Source: Armatimonadota bacterium
GTDB lineage: Bacteria > Armatimonadota > UBA5829 > DSUL01
DNA: 64,000 nt
Assembly: GCA_039811685.1 (NCBI GenBank)
Contig: JBDHZC010000002.1
Span: 520,371-584,370, forward strand
Direction: 5' to 3'
Translations under genes and position numbers: made by a program
Shown: positions 10,028 through 19,856 of the stretch, piece after piece
Layout of the letters: each line of letters starts with the position of its first letter
Position numbering within the stretch: position 1 is the first letter of the stretch
Notes under the pieces: generated by a model
What the model saw: only the letters and a program-made list of their open reading frames with translations
What the model was told of the DNA's origin: nothing
The model's database searches: none

Positions 10028-10927
10028 TTACTTATTGGGCTGAAAGATACCCCCCCTTGTGACGTACTCAATGTCGACCAGGAGCTTGCAGCAGGCCGGA
10101 TTCTCGAGAGTATTCGCGATACCGGTCCCTGGGCCTGTCGGGCTCGGGAACGCCGGAGAGGCGCCGATGCAGGCATCCATAACACCAAGCTCAAAGTCGC
10201 CGAGGATCAGACCGGCGCTCACAGTGTCACCAGCGGAAGCAGCGGCCTCAGCCGAGCTCAGCCAGGAGAGCAACTGCGGATACAGGCACTCGTCGCTGAT
10301 CAGCGGAACCTCGTCCAGACCGAACGGGAGCTCGTGGAACAGGCGGACGGCGTTGGCGATTGAGCCAAGCGTAGCGTCCACATGCCACTTCCACACTTCC
10401 TGATGCACGTAGGCCGGCGGGTTCGGGCCAGCGCCATCGTCATCGTACGGAAGGGTTGTTCCGTAGAGGATGGTCAGGGTCCAGTTCGTGCCAGGCACTT
10501 CATACATCAGCGGCCACCAGGTTCGAATGTTCGCGGTGCCCTGCTGAGGGATGTTCTTCACGGGGAAGACATCGCTGCACTGAATGTACGGAGGCGTGGT
10601 CTTCTGAAGAACAACGTTCTTGATGCTCCACGCATTGCCGGACTGTCCAGCACTGATGTGCGGGATGCCGTCTTTGGCGGCGCCGACAAAGTTCTCCCAG
10701 TTGGCGCCGCCCTCGATGGACAGAACGCCAGGAACGGCGCTGATCACGTCAGAGCCGGCGCCAAGGTAACCCTTGGAGCTGAGATTGGTGCCATTGCTGT
10801 CGCCAGGATAGGCCTGGTAGACGGCGATCGACTGATGGGTGATCGGAACGCTCGCGACGCGGGCAGCATTTGCCCCGACGGAGAGGACCGTAGCACCAGC
10901 CACAAACAGCGGTAGATACTTATTCAA
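10028..10927 (-). CDS. Secreted hypothetical protein (about 300 aa, Gly/Asn/Pro-rich). TTG start with AAGGAGG RBS.
   Basis: ORF 10028..11278. The in-frame TTG at 10927 is preceded by AAGGAGGAACTAC and followed by the signal peptide (M)NKYLPLFVAGATVLSVGANAARVAS. The upstream extension has no signal peptide and no RBS. Confidence 0.6.
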   Translation of the reverse strand: MNKYLPLFVAGATVLSVGANAARVASVPITHQSIAVYQAYPGDSNGTNLSSKGYLGAGSDVISAVPGVLSIEGGANWENFVGAAKDGIPHISAGQSGNAWSIKNVVLQKTTPPYIQCSDVFPVKNIPQQGTANIRTWWPLMYEVPGTNWTLTILYGTTLPYDDDGAGPNPPAYVHQEVWKWHVDATLGSIANAVRLFHELPFGLDEVPLISDECLYPQLLSWLSSAEAAASAGDTVSAGLILGDFELGVMDACIGASPAFPSPTGPGTGIANTLENPACCKLLVDIEYVTRGGIFQPNK

Positions 10928-11707
10928 TGTAGTTCCTCCTTCTCTTGTAGAGAGGCTTGTCCACCCTGCTCTAAAGAGAAACACACTAGTGTCGTTGTTG
11001 TTCAAGGGCTGCGATGTCAAGCTTCCATCCAGCCAGTTTCCAAGGACGCCGGTCTTTAGTGACCTGGCACCTATCCAACCCAGGATCTGACTCATCCGCA
11101 TGGCGTCTTTACCAAATCCTGCACGTGCCCTGGTCGGGAAAACCGGCCGGCTGTATGGCCTTTTCGTCTCGTCTCCTGACGTCTTGACCTTCCCCTGTGC
11201 CTGAGCTTGTGAAAGAACAGGCTTTTGCCTTTGCGGGCATCTGGAGAGAGTCTCAATCTGTCGAAGCCGAGAGCTCAACGCTTGGCCCTTATGTCGTCTG
11301 CTCGGGTGGGGGGGCTAGGCCGCAGGCTCTCCGTTGAGGCATTGGAGAGTTAGTCCCTAACGGCGCAGCTTGCGCCACCCTCACAAAGCTGACTCCAGTA
11401 TACCTTAGTTGGTAGACCGTCAAGGGGCAATTGGCGAAATTTCAAGCCTGTACGGCTCGAATCAGGTATTTATAACAGGATGCTTTTCACCTCAGCGACG
11501 CAACCCGTCTCCATTCCTGACCTTCTTGCCACCTGGATCGGTATCGCTTGCGCGCACTCCGACCCTCAGCCTTGCACCCGCTCCTCATCTCAACTGCGCT
11601 GCTTGCGCGACGCCGTGTTCCGAGTTAGCGGTCTGTCATTCAGTATAAAGCTCAGCGCGTCGTTTGTGTCCTAGCAACAATACCAGAAGTTACCTGTAGC
11701 AGATCAC

Positions 11708-11730
11708 TCAGTTGCCACTGTGTGACAACT
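11708..11730 (+). promoter_or_regulatory. Imperfect palindrome CAGTTGCCA-CTGTG-TGACAACTG, a candidate operator about 110 bp upstream of the PEP-CTERM protein gene
   Basis: Outer arms CAGTTG / CAACTG are exact reverse complements; 8 of 9 bp pair in the extended stem. It lies in a 910-bp non-coding gap between divergent genes. Confidence 0.25.
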
Positions 11731-11838
11731 GCTCCTCGTAACTATACGGGGATTCGGCGCTTTTCTTAGTAATGGCACAGAATATGCGCCCGGCTCTCGT
11801 ACCGCAGCAGCGTCCACCACGCTCAGCGTACAAAAGCC

Positions 11839-13077
11839 ATGAGTAGAAAAAACGAACAACAGTTTAGAAGCGCCATCAGACTTTGGAGCCTCGCGGCAAG
11901 TGTTGCCATTGCGGCATTCTGCGCGACCTCCGGATTCGCGGATGCGTTTTTCCACATGGACGCCCAGCGCACCGGCCGTGCGGAGTTTTCCGGTCCATCA
12001 ACCGGCGCAGTCCTCTGGCGTTACCAGACCGGAGGGCTGATAACCTCATCTCCCTCTGTCGGGCCAGATGGCACTATCTATGTGGGGTCCTTTGACCGAA
12101 AGCTGCACGCCGTACTTCCCACCGGAACCCGTCAGTGGGCCTTCACCACAGGTGGCTACGTCGGATCGTCTCCCGCGGTGTCCAGCTCTGGGGAGATATA
12201 CTTCGGTTCTGACGACGGGTGGATGTACGCCCTGAGCCAAAGTGGCGCGCTGGACTGGAGCTTCCAGACACCGGTACTGGGGCCGACTCCGAGCGGCCCG
12301 ATCTCGAGCGCTCCTGTTCTGAGTGGCAATGATCTGATCTTCACGGCGGATGCCGGACGAGTGTGGAATCTCAACTCTACCACAGGCGCCGCGCAGTGGA
12401 ACTTCCTGATGCCTCAGTTCTCCTACTCTTCACCCACAATCGGCCACAACGGCGACATCTATGTGGGAGACGGAAATGGCAAAGTGTACGCCCTCAGCGC
12501 TGCCGGCCAGCAGCTCTGGTCCTATCAGACCGGAAACCAGATATTTGCGGCGCCAGCGGTCGGCGACGATGGCACTATCTATGCGACCAGCTCCGACGGC
12601 TACCTTTACGCACTTAACCCAAATGGCACACTCAAGTGGAAATATGCCGCTCCGCCAGGAATCGGCACCACTCCAGCCATTGGGCACGATGGCGCCATTT
12701 ATATTGGTGGCGCTGACAGTAAGATTCACGCCATCAGCCCGACCGGACAGCGGAAATGGATTTTCCACACCAATGGGCCAATCTACAGCTCTCCGCTGGT
12801 GGACAAGGACGACAACATCTACTTCGTGAACAACGGTGGGGTATTTCAGTCTGTCACACCTCAGGGAGCGCTGAGGTGGAGTGTTGGCATCGGCTCTGTG
12901 TCTTACTCATCTCCGACAATGGGACCGGACGGCATCATCTACGTGGGAGCGAACGACAACTATCTCTACGCCATCGGCCCCTCTGGCTACGTCATCCCTG
13001 AGCCTTCCAGCCTGCTGCAGTTGGCAGGTCTGGTGAGCGGCCTGGCCGCCTTCGGAAGACGCCGCATCCGGCGCTAA
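11839..13077 (+). CDS. PQQ-like (BamB/YxaL-type) beta-propeller repeat protein with a C-terminal PEP-CTERM sorting domain
   Basis: Signal peptide; about 8 repeats of SSP-x-[VI]-x-x-D/G-x-IY-x-G-S-x-D-x-x-[LV]YA-x-x-x-x-G. The C-terminus reads PEPSSLLQLAGLVSGLAAFGRRRIRR (PEP motif, TM helix, Arg-rich tail). Paralogous to the propeller region of the giant protein at 4030-5151. Confidence 0.9.
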   Translation: MSRKNEQQFRSAIRLWSLAASVAIAAFCATSGFADAFFHMDAQRTGRAEFSGPSTGAVLWRYQTGGLITSSPSVGPDGTIYVGSFDRKLHAVLPTGTRQWAFTTGGYVGSSPAVSSSGEIYFGSDDGWMYALSQSGALDWSFQTPVLGPTPSGPISSAPVLSGNDLIFTADAGRVWNLNSTTGAAQWNFLMPQFSYSSPTIGHNGDIYVGDGNGKVYALSAAGQQLWSYQTGNQIFAAPAVGDDGTIYATSSDGYLYALNPNGTLKWKYAAPPGIGTTPAIGHDGAIYIGGADSKIHAISPTGQRKWIFHTNGPIYSSPLVDKDDNIYFVNNGGVFQSVTPQGALRWSVGIGSVSYSSPTMGPDGIIYVGANDNYLYAIGPSGYVIPEPSSLLQLAGLVSGLAAFGRRRIRR

Positions 13078-13202
13078 GCAGCCTTCACCACATACGCAGC
13101 CGGGCGGGACATCCCCCTCTCGTCCCGCCCGCTACTGCGCGCTATGACTGATGAGCGAATCAGCCTTTGTCCCCCGCTTATGCCCGATTATCTCTCACAG
13201 GT

Positions 13203-16200
13203 CTACGGATGGGGCACGGCCACGGTGATGTCTGAAGAGCGGCGCACTCTTACAACACGCCTGTAGCCGCCGCTTCCGTCCGGCTCCATTGTGCTGATTC
13301 CTGTAACTGTGACAAAGTCCCCTGCCGCGGGCTTTGCGAGTGTCCCACACAACACCTTCGCCGTAACTGGATCGCTATTGTAGCTTGACCCGTCATTGAT
13401 GGTAAACGAATCCGCAGAGACCGACTCTACCTGGCCACCCACCTTCACGAGAAGTCCGATGTTGTTCAACCCGTAGCCCGTGTGCACACCTGGCGTATTA
13501 GGATTCAGCGCACCGCCGCCCAGTGAGCTCAACCGCATCACGAGCGGAAGTATGGCCGGGTTGCCGGAGAGATTCACCGTGACCGAGCTTGCGTCAATAA
13601 AGCGCTCCCCGTTCAACGTCTGGATTGTGCCGCGCACCGTCACGCTGTCACCCTCCTGGAGAGTCTGTGCCGTGGCGACGCGGATGCCGGAGCTGCGGTT
13701 GGTTTCCTCGATGTAGAGATACTGTGGATACTCCTGCGTGGATCCCGCTGTGACAATCTTGCCGTTTAACAGCACCTGATCACCGTCCGGCAGCGCCTTT
13801 ATGGCAGAAATAGACGCTGTGCCCGAAAGCAAACCGAGGAAATCCGCCTCGGAGCTCATCCCCCACACCGCATTGACAGTCTGCGACGCAGGCGAGAATG
13901 TCCAGGACGGCTTAGCGGCGCTGAGGGAATAGAGTCCGGGAGCGAGATCATCAAGTGTGTACGATCCGTCAAGCGCGGTAAGCGCGGACTTCCCGCCCGG
14001 GCTGGCCGTGATGGTCACTCCGGGCACCCCGTGCTGATCAGTCACGGCCTCATAGCGGTCTGTGATGAAGCCCCAGTCCGAGTTCCCAGGGTCTGACGTC
14101 AGCACAATCTTCAGAGAATCACCGTTCACCCACTCAGACCAGACGTCACTGTAGTGCCCGGTGAAAGTATCAATGATCTGATCGCTGGAGTCCGTAACAT
14201 CAATGAAGTCAAATCCGGGCTCCACCTCCAGGCGCGTGAAGTGCACCCGGATCTTGGAAGCCCCTTGCGGCCCCTGCACAGTGTAGGTCTCCGAGACGTT
14301 GTCACCATAAGGATGCTGAGACTGCAGTACAACCGCTTCCTGCACAGTCGTCCCGACAGTCACAGACCCCGTGATCGTCGCTGGCGGACGCGCTGTGAAG
14401 TTAACTCCCGAGAGCGTGCTGCCCGGGGAAGGCTCAGCGCTCCGGGCGTTTGGCTGGAACTGCCAGTTTGGATACGAAGGCGTCACGGTGTAGGACACAG
14501 GCTCCAGCCCCGACAGAGTATAAGCGCCTCCCACGCCGGTAGTTGTGGTATGGTTGCCTGGCTGAGCTGTAACAGTGACGCCGGCAGGAGCGGGCTCTGT
14601 CAACAAGTCCGTTTCGTAGCCATCCATCCTGAAGCCGTAGTCCACACCTGTTGCGTCCGTCACCAGATGCAGTACCAGCGCATTGCCGGGCACCCACTGG
14701 CTCCAGTAGTCCGTCTTGTTGCCGGTGATGTCCTGATAAGGAGTCCCGTCAGCATCCTCAATGTAGAGATGATCCAGACCATTCTGCAGCGCCACTTCGT
14801 CAAAGTGAGCGCGGATATGCGTAGCGCCCACAGGTCCTGTCACCGTGTACTTCACATCGGAGTTGTTCTGGTAGTTGTGCGGTGATTCGACTTCGTAAGC
14901 CGTCACACCGCCCAGAGCTTTTTGAATGACACCGCTGATAGACGCAGGGGCCGCAGAGCCGGTGAAATCAACCCCCGGCGCCGCCTGATCTGCCACAACT
15001 ACTGCCGTACTTGGCGGAGCGAACGTCCAGCCGGTCTTGGCGGCAGAGACGGTGTAGCTGTCCGCCGGCAGGCGCAGAGTGTAGCGTCCGTTAGCGCCCG
15101 TTGTCGTGTCTTTGGTCGCGCTGGACCCTGTCGCTGTGACCGTGGCTCCCGCGATGGGATTTCCGGACGTGGACAGCAGCGTTCCCGTAATATAGGAACC
15201 TGGAAGGTGACCGGAGGCCACAAGCGCAAAAGGCTGCGGGCCGCCTGGAACGCTAAAGCCTGTGACCGTGACCGTATAAACGCCCGTCAAAGGCACGCTG
15301 ACGTCCACGCTTTCAACATTGTTGACGCTGTCTGTGGCGCCGTTGCCGCGGTAAACTGTGCCGTTGGGAGCCGTGACAGAGAGATTCAGATCATTCACCA
15401 GCTCTTTGGCTGCCAGAGGAGAGCCTGGAGGATCAGTCCACACCAGCGTCACCGCAAACGGAGCGTCGCTTCCAAGCACCGTGTACTGATACGTGCGCGT
15501 CTGCCCCGTTGAAATACCGGAGGTTTCGTCCACATATTCGATCTGCCTGGGCGCTGGCGGGTCTATGGCGGCATTCACATCCACGCGCCCCCAGCCTTCA
15601 ACGCTGTTCGGGCGCACGGGAATCTCAGGAGGCACGGCTCCGATATACTGCCCCGGCGCCATGTCTTTTGCGCTGTTGAGCAGCGCCGCCTTCACGAGCG
15701 CGGCGCTTGGAGCTATGCCAAACGATGAGTTCAAATACTGTCTGAGGAGGACGGCCGAGCCTGCCACCGCCGGAGCAGAAAAGCTGGTGCCACCCCAGTA
15801 GCTGTAGTGAGAATCATACGGCATCCATCCCGGGTTGCCGACAAGCTGGCTGCTCAAAGCCACAATATTTGTGCCGGGCGCGCAGATATCGGGCTTGATG
15901 CGACCATCGGCGCATGGGCCGCGGCTGCTCCACGCCGCCATGCCGCTCGGATTGTCAGAAATTGGATCGCTGTTTATCGGCGCCTGTGGGAAATCTGACC
16001 CCCAGTACGTCCCGTAGGACTGGGAGCGGCCGGTGGCGCGCAGGCTCTCAGTGGCGCCCACGGAAATACAGTTTTTCGCAGTGGCGGGGGAATAAAGCGC
16101 GCCGGAGTCAGTCCGTCCGTCAGCGTTTGCGTCCACGCCGTCGTTTCCTACGGGAAAGACCAGAACCGCGTCTTTATGATTCCAGACGAAATCGTCCACC

Positions 16201-17252
16201 TGCTGCGAAAGTGTTGTGTACTTCCCCTCCACAGGGGATCCCCAACTGTGGTTCTGAACGCGGGCGCCGTCCAGATAGGGCGGCTGGAAGAGCTGCGAGA
16301 GAGTCACGGGCGGATAGACAAAGGAGCTTCCGTCACCTATGGACTGCATGATAATGGAAGCCTCAGGCGCAACCCCGCAAAAGGAATCTGTATACGTGTG
16401 GGAGCCAGCGTTGGAGCCAGACAGCGCTCCCGAGCCTGCCGCCACAGACACGCAGAAAGTGCCGTGCCCGCTCAGGTCGCTCCAGTCGTCTGGGCGGCGC
16501 AGAGCGTACGTCTTGATAACGCGGCCGGCCAGGTCCGGGCTCAGTGTAGCCAGGTTGCCAGTGTCCAGACCGGAATCCGCAAAAGAGATGATCTCACCCG
16601 CGCCAAAAAGCCCGGTTCTGTTGCGAACGGGTGTGACACCGATGATGGACTGCACAACGTTGTTGGCAGCGCGCGGAGGCGCCCACTCTTCAATCCAGCG
16701 CACTTCCTCGAGACCCGCAATCCGGTCCAGAGCTCTGGCCGGGATTGTGGCCAGCAGAATGCCGCCCGCCACATCGCTGTCGCGCAACAACTCGCCACCG
16801 CTTGCGCTGATGACCTGGATGACGGTTGTGGCTGCTTCGTCACCAAAGACCCGGATGAGGACTGTCAGGCTCTTCTGCTGAGTCTTTTTTTTCAGGTGAG
16901 GATCAATACGATAGCGAGCATGCAGCCTTCCCATCCAGGCGATACAGGCAAGCCCGCGCACCTTGGCAATCTGAGAGCGTTTGAGACGCGCTATGTAGGC
17001 GTTCTCCGGCAGGTAGTCCCGCAGCTTGACACCCATCTTCTGAAGTGAAGCCTTCCACTCTGGTCGGGGTGTCCCGCTGAACTGGAGGATGTAGTATCCA
17101 CCGCGAGAGGGCGTCAGGCTCTGAAGCTGCACTGTGCTCTTTACTTCCCTGTCCACCGGTCCAGCTTTCAGCAGCAGAGGCGCGGGGGCGCTCCAGACGC
17201 TGGTTGCAGCCATCAAACAAAGGAAGACAGAGATCAGAAAGGGTCTGTTCAT
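13203..17252 (-). CDS. Secreted S8 family subtilisin-like serine peptidase (about 1349 aa). Has an N-terminal prodomain-like region, Asp/His/Ser catalytic triad motifs, carboxypeptidase-regulatory-like (Ig-like) domains and two CUB-like domains. Carries the shared roughly 190-aa C-terminal module.
   Basis: ORF 13203..17360. Internal ATG at 17252 followed by signal peptide MNRPFLISVFLCLMAATSVWSAPAP. Catalytic motifs: ISFADSGLDTG (Asp), LSGHGTFCVSVAAG (His), WGGTSFSAPAVAGSAVLL (Ser). CUB-like units: ESPHNYQNNSDVKYTVTGPVGATHIRAHFDEVALQNGLDHLYIED... and QSQHPYGDNVSETYTVQGPQGASKIRVHFTRLEVEPGFDFIDVTD... Confidence 0.85.
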   Translation of the reverse strand: MNRPFLISVFLCLMAATSVWSAPAPLLLKAGPVDREVKSTVQLQSLTPSRGGYYILQFSGTPRPEWKASLQKMGVKLRDYLPENAYIARLKRSQIAKVRGLACIAWMGRLHARYRIDPHLKKKTQQKSLTVLIRVFGDEAATTVIQVISASGGELLRDSDVAGGILLATIPARALDRIAGLEEVRWIEEWAPPRAANNVVQSIIGVTPVRNRTGLFGAGEIISFADSGLDTGNLATLSPDLAGRVIKTYALRRPDDWSDLSGHGTFCVSVAAGSGALSGSNAGSHTYTDSFCGVAPEASIIMQSIGDGSSFVYPPVTLSQLFQPPYLDGARVQNHSWGSPVEGKYTTLSQQVDDFVWNHKDAVLVFPVGNDGVDANADGRTDSGALYSPATAKNCISVGATESLRATGRSQSYGTYWGSDFPQAPINSDPISDNPSGMAAWSSRGPCADGRIKPDICAPGTNIVALSSQLVGNPGWMPYDSHYSYWGGTSFSAPAVAGSAVLLRQYLNSSFGIAPSAALVKAALLNSAKDMAPGQYIGAVPPEIPVRPNSVEGWGRVDVNAAIDPPAPRQIEYVDETSGISTGQTRTYQYTVLGSDAPFAVTLVWTDPPGSPLAAKELVNDLNLSVTAPNGTVYRGNGATDSVNNVESVDVSVPLTGVYTVTVTGFSVPGGPQPFALVASGHLPGSYITGTLLSTSGNPIAGATVTATGSSATKDTTTGANGRYTLRLPADSYTVSAAKTGWTFAPPSTAVVVADQAAPGVDFTGSAAPASISGVIQKALGGVTAYEVESPHNYQNNSDVKYTVTGPVGATHIRAHFDEVALQNGLDHLYIEDADGTPYQDITGNKTDYWSQWVPGNALVLHLVTDATGVDYGFRMDGYETDLLTEPAPAGVTVTAQPGNHTTTTGVGGAYTLSGLEPVSYTVTPSYPNWQFQPNARSAEPSPGSTLSGVNFTARPPATITGSVTVGTTVQEAVVLQSQHPYGDNVSETYTVQGPQGASKIRVHFTRLEVEPGFDFIDVTDSSDQIIDTFTGHYSDVWSEWVNGDSLKIVLTSDPGNSDWGFITDRYEAVTDQHGVPGVTITASPGGKSALTALDGSYTLDDLAPGLYSLSAAKPSWTFSPASQTVNAVWGMSSEADFLGLLSGTASISAIKALPDGDQVLLNGKIVTAGSTQEYPQYLYIEETNRSSGIRVATAQTLQEGDSVTVRGTIQTLNGERFIDASSVTVNLSGNPAILPLVMRLSSLGGGALNPNTPGVHTGYGLNNIGLLVKVGGQVESVSADSFTINDGSSYNSDPVTAKVLCGTLAKPAAGDFVTVTGISTMEPDGSGGYRRVVRVRRSSDITVAVPHP

Positions 17253-17662
17253 AAGGAGTCCGCCAGGTACACTTGAGGTAGTGGAGGTTACTGGAACAAC
17301 GAATCTGGCCGTTACCGGCACACGCGAAAACAGCCGGGCCCGACACGCAAAACCCCACACATGGAAGTATACCGTACTGCCTGCGCCGAGTATCCAAACA
17401 GGTTTTCTTCACAGGGAGAAGACAAAGGGCTGGAGCCTGGCTGGCCGCCATTACTGTGACTGTAATCTCCATCCGCACGCGAATCGCCGAATACGGCAGC
17501 GAACCTCGATCAATATCCGCTCCGCACAGGCAAAGGTACTGGTTTTGTCCGCGAAGCGCCCCGCTGAGGGCACGAAAGACGTATAATAGATAAGAACCAC
17601 TTCTTCCCTGACCCTGCGTCCGCCGCACAGTCACAAACGAGACCAACCACAGGAGCCTTCCT

Positions 17663-19753
17663 TTGCGACTTATCCACCTGCGACTCGCCACTTTCGCCCT
17701 TCTCGCCGCCCTGTCTGCGCCAGGCTCGGCCGCTATCTACGTCTCTCAGTCCGCGCCCGGTCCGCTGCACAACGGCGCGTCATGGCTAAGCGCCTACAAG
17801 TCACTGTCGCAGGCGCTCAGTGTGGCGACAGCTGGGTCTCAAGTGTGGGTAGCGCGGGGGACATACGTCGGGACGTTTACGGTGCCGGCGAACGTCGCTG
17901 TGTTCGGAGGCTTCGCGGGCACGGAGAGCGCTCTGGCCGGCAGAAATCCCAACAGCAACCGCACAATTCTTGACGGTGCGCTGGCCGGCTCTGTCGTGAC
18001 GATAAACGCAGGATCTCAGGTGGACAGCTTCACGATCCGAAACGGCCGCAGCTCATCCGGAGCCGGTATCGTCGGGACTAACGCGATCGGCGCGATTATC
18101 TCCAATAACACCATCGAGAATAACACCAGCACATCCGATGGAGGCGGAATCTATCTGTACTCCAACGGCTGGTCCAACAGGGTCATCATCAGGGGCAATC
18201 TCGTACGAGGCAATTCTTCCGGTGGCAGTGGAGGGGGCATGGGACTCTACGGTCCTGGCCATACGGAAGCGGACTCTCCACAGCTCTTTGACAACGTCGT
18301 GCGTGACAACAAAGCCGCTACGGATGGTGGCGGTATCTGGGCCTACTTCTCAACACCGCGCGTTGAGCGCAACATGATCTGGAAAAACCGCACAGGCAGA
18401 AACGGCGGCGGTCTGTTCATCTATCACAGCTACGCAACAATCATCTGGAATCACTTCTGGATGAACCGCGCCGACTCCCCCACAAAGGGCGGTGGCGCGC
18501 TGTTTATCGACTTCCACTCGACGCCAACCGTTGCCGACAATATCTTTGACCGCAACACTGCCTTTCAGGGCGGCGGCACGTGGAACGAGTACCAGAGCCA
18601 GGCTAAAACCTGGCGCAACATCTTTACAGGCAATACAGCCACTTCCGGCGCGGGCATCTACATTGCTCAGGGCGCCTCACCGGAAGTTACCAACAGTCTT
18701 TTCCTTCGCAACAAAGCCGCCTACGGCGGCGCGGTAAGCGCGGACTATCCGTCCTCCTCACCCGGTTTCAAGTTTACGCACAACACTGTCGTTTCCAACT
18801 CTGCGACGGTCTCTGGCTCAGCGCTGTCTCTTACGCGCTACGCCAGCGCGGGTGTGGCTAACAACATCTTTGCGCACAACTCCGCCCCGGATGGCACGAT
18901 AGCGCGAGACTCCACCTCCTGGCCAAACCTGGTGGGCAACGACTTCTGGCAAAATACAGGCAGCAATCTCGCCGGTGGGACTGATCCAGTTGGCACGCTT
19001 GGCAACATCTCTGCCGACCCGTCCTTCGTCAACCCCTCAATTGACTGCTACCAGCTTCAGCCTGGCTCCGCCTGCATAGACACGGCCAGCGCCAGTGCCG
19101 CAACCACCTATGACCTCAACAACCGCCCGCGCCCGTTCGACGGAGATTCCAACGGATCCAGCCTTCCGGACATCGGCGCCTATGAATACGGAACCGGTCC
19201 GCTGGTGCTCTTTGCTGTGCAGCAAGCCTATCAGCTTCCGCCTGGCGTCAGTGTGGCTATCTCTCCGCGTGTCGTGAACGGCTCGTGGGAACAGGGCTTC
19301 TTCGTGCAGGACTTTGACAGGACGCGCGGACTGAAGATCGAAACCTCCGCAACGCCTCCGCCTGCAGGACGTGTGGTGAGCGCACAGGGAACGCTCTCGG
19401 ACGCCGCAGGGTACCGCACACTCTCCGCGGCTTCGTGGGCCGGTACGGACACAGCCTTCGCTCTCGCCCAGCCCCTGGCCATGGCGCTACCGCGTGCAGC
19501 GGAGACGATCGGGCTGTCCAACATCGGGCTGAGCGTGAGCATAACCGGCAAAGTGGAAAACCTGGAAACAGACGGATTCTGGATGAGTATTAACGGACAG
19601 TCACTCACGCGCATCTACTGCGATCCTGCGTGGATTCCCGTCTCCGGCAAGACCTGCACGGTGATTGGAGTCGTTGACTACGACCCCGTCTCTGCGCCTG
19701 GCGGACGCATTGTCCGAGCGCGTACAGCCTGGGACATCATCCAGCAGGACTGA
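17663..19753 (+). CDS. Secreted right-handed parallel beta-helix repeat protein (NosD/choice-of-anchor-like). Carries the shared roughly 190-aa C-terminal module.
   Basis: TTG start at 17663 with AGGAG RBS 7 nt upstream. Signal peptide MRLIHLRLATFALLAALSAPGSAA. Many GGG-containing beta-helix turns (NNTIENN, DGGGIY, NGGGLFI, GGGALFI, GAGIYIA), ending in DIGAYEY. Its C-terminal 190 aa align with the C-termini of 5234-8239 and 13203-17252. Confidence 0.85.
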   Translation: MRLIHLRLATFALLAALSAPGSAAIYVSQSAPGPLHNGASWLSAYKSLSQALSVATAGSQVWVARGTYVGTFTVPANVAVFGGFAGTESALAGRNPNSNRTILDGALAGSVVTINAGSQVDSFTIRNGRSSSGAGIVGTNAIGAIISNNTIENNTSTSDGGGIYLYSNGWSNRVIIRGNLVRGNSSGGSGGGMGLYGPGHTEADSPQLFDNVVRDNKAATDGGGIWAYFSTPRVERNMIWKNRTGRNGGGLFIYHSYATIIWNHFWMNRADSPTKGGGALFIDFHSTPTVADNIFDRNTAFQGGGTWNEYQSQAKTWRNIFTGNTATSGAGIYIAQGASPEVTNSLFLRNKAAYGGAVSADYPSSSPGFKFTHNTVVSNSATVSGSALSLTRYASAGVANNIFAHNSAPDGTIARDSTSWPNLVGNDFWQNTGSNLAGGTDPVGTLGNISADPSFVNPSIDCYQLQPGSACIDTASASAATTYDLNNRPRPFDGDSNGSSLPDIGAYEYGTGPLVLFAVQQAYQLPPGVSVAISPRVVNGSWEQGFFVQDFDRTRGLKIETSATPPPAGRVVSAQGTLSDAAGYRTLSAASWAGTDTAFALAQPLAMALPRAAETIGLSNIGLSVSITGKVENLETDGFWMSINGQSLTRIYCDPAWIPVSGKTCTVIGVVDYDPVSAPGGRIVRARTAWDIIQQD

Positions 19754-19856
19754 GCTCAGCGCTCAGACGCCAGGCCGTTGCACGCGAACAGCCGAAGCGA
19801 TTGGTCTGGCGGCTGTCTGGCAGGACTCTGGGGGAGGTCTGGCTAAGACAGCAAGC

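Noticed and set aside
14154-17048. Plus-strand ORFs 14154-14885, 14922-15512, 16176-17048, 16339-16881
   Set aside because: Antisense to the S8 subtilase gene; Arg-rich low-complexity translations.
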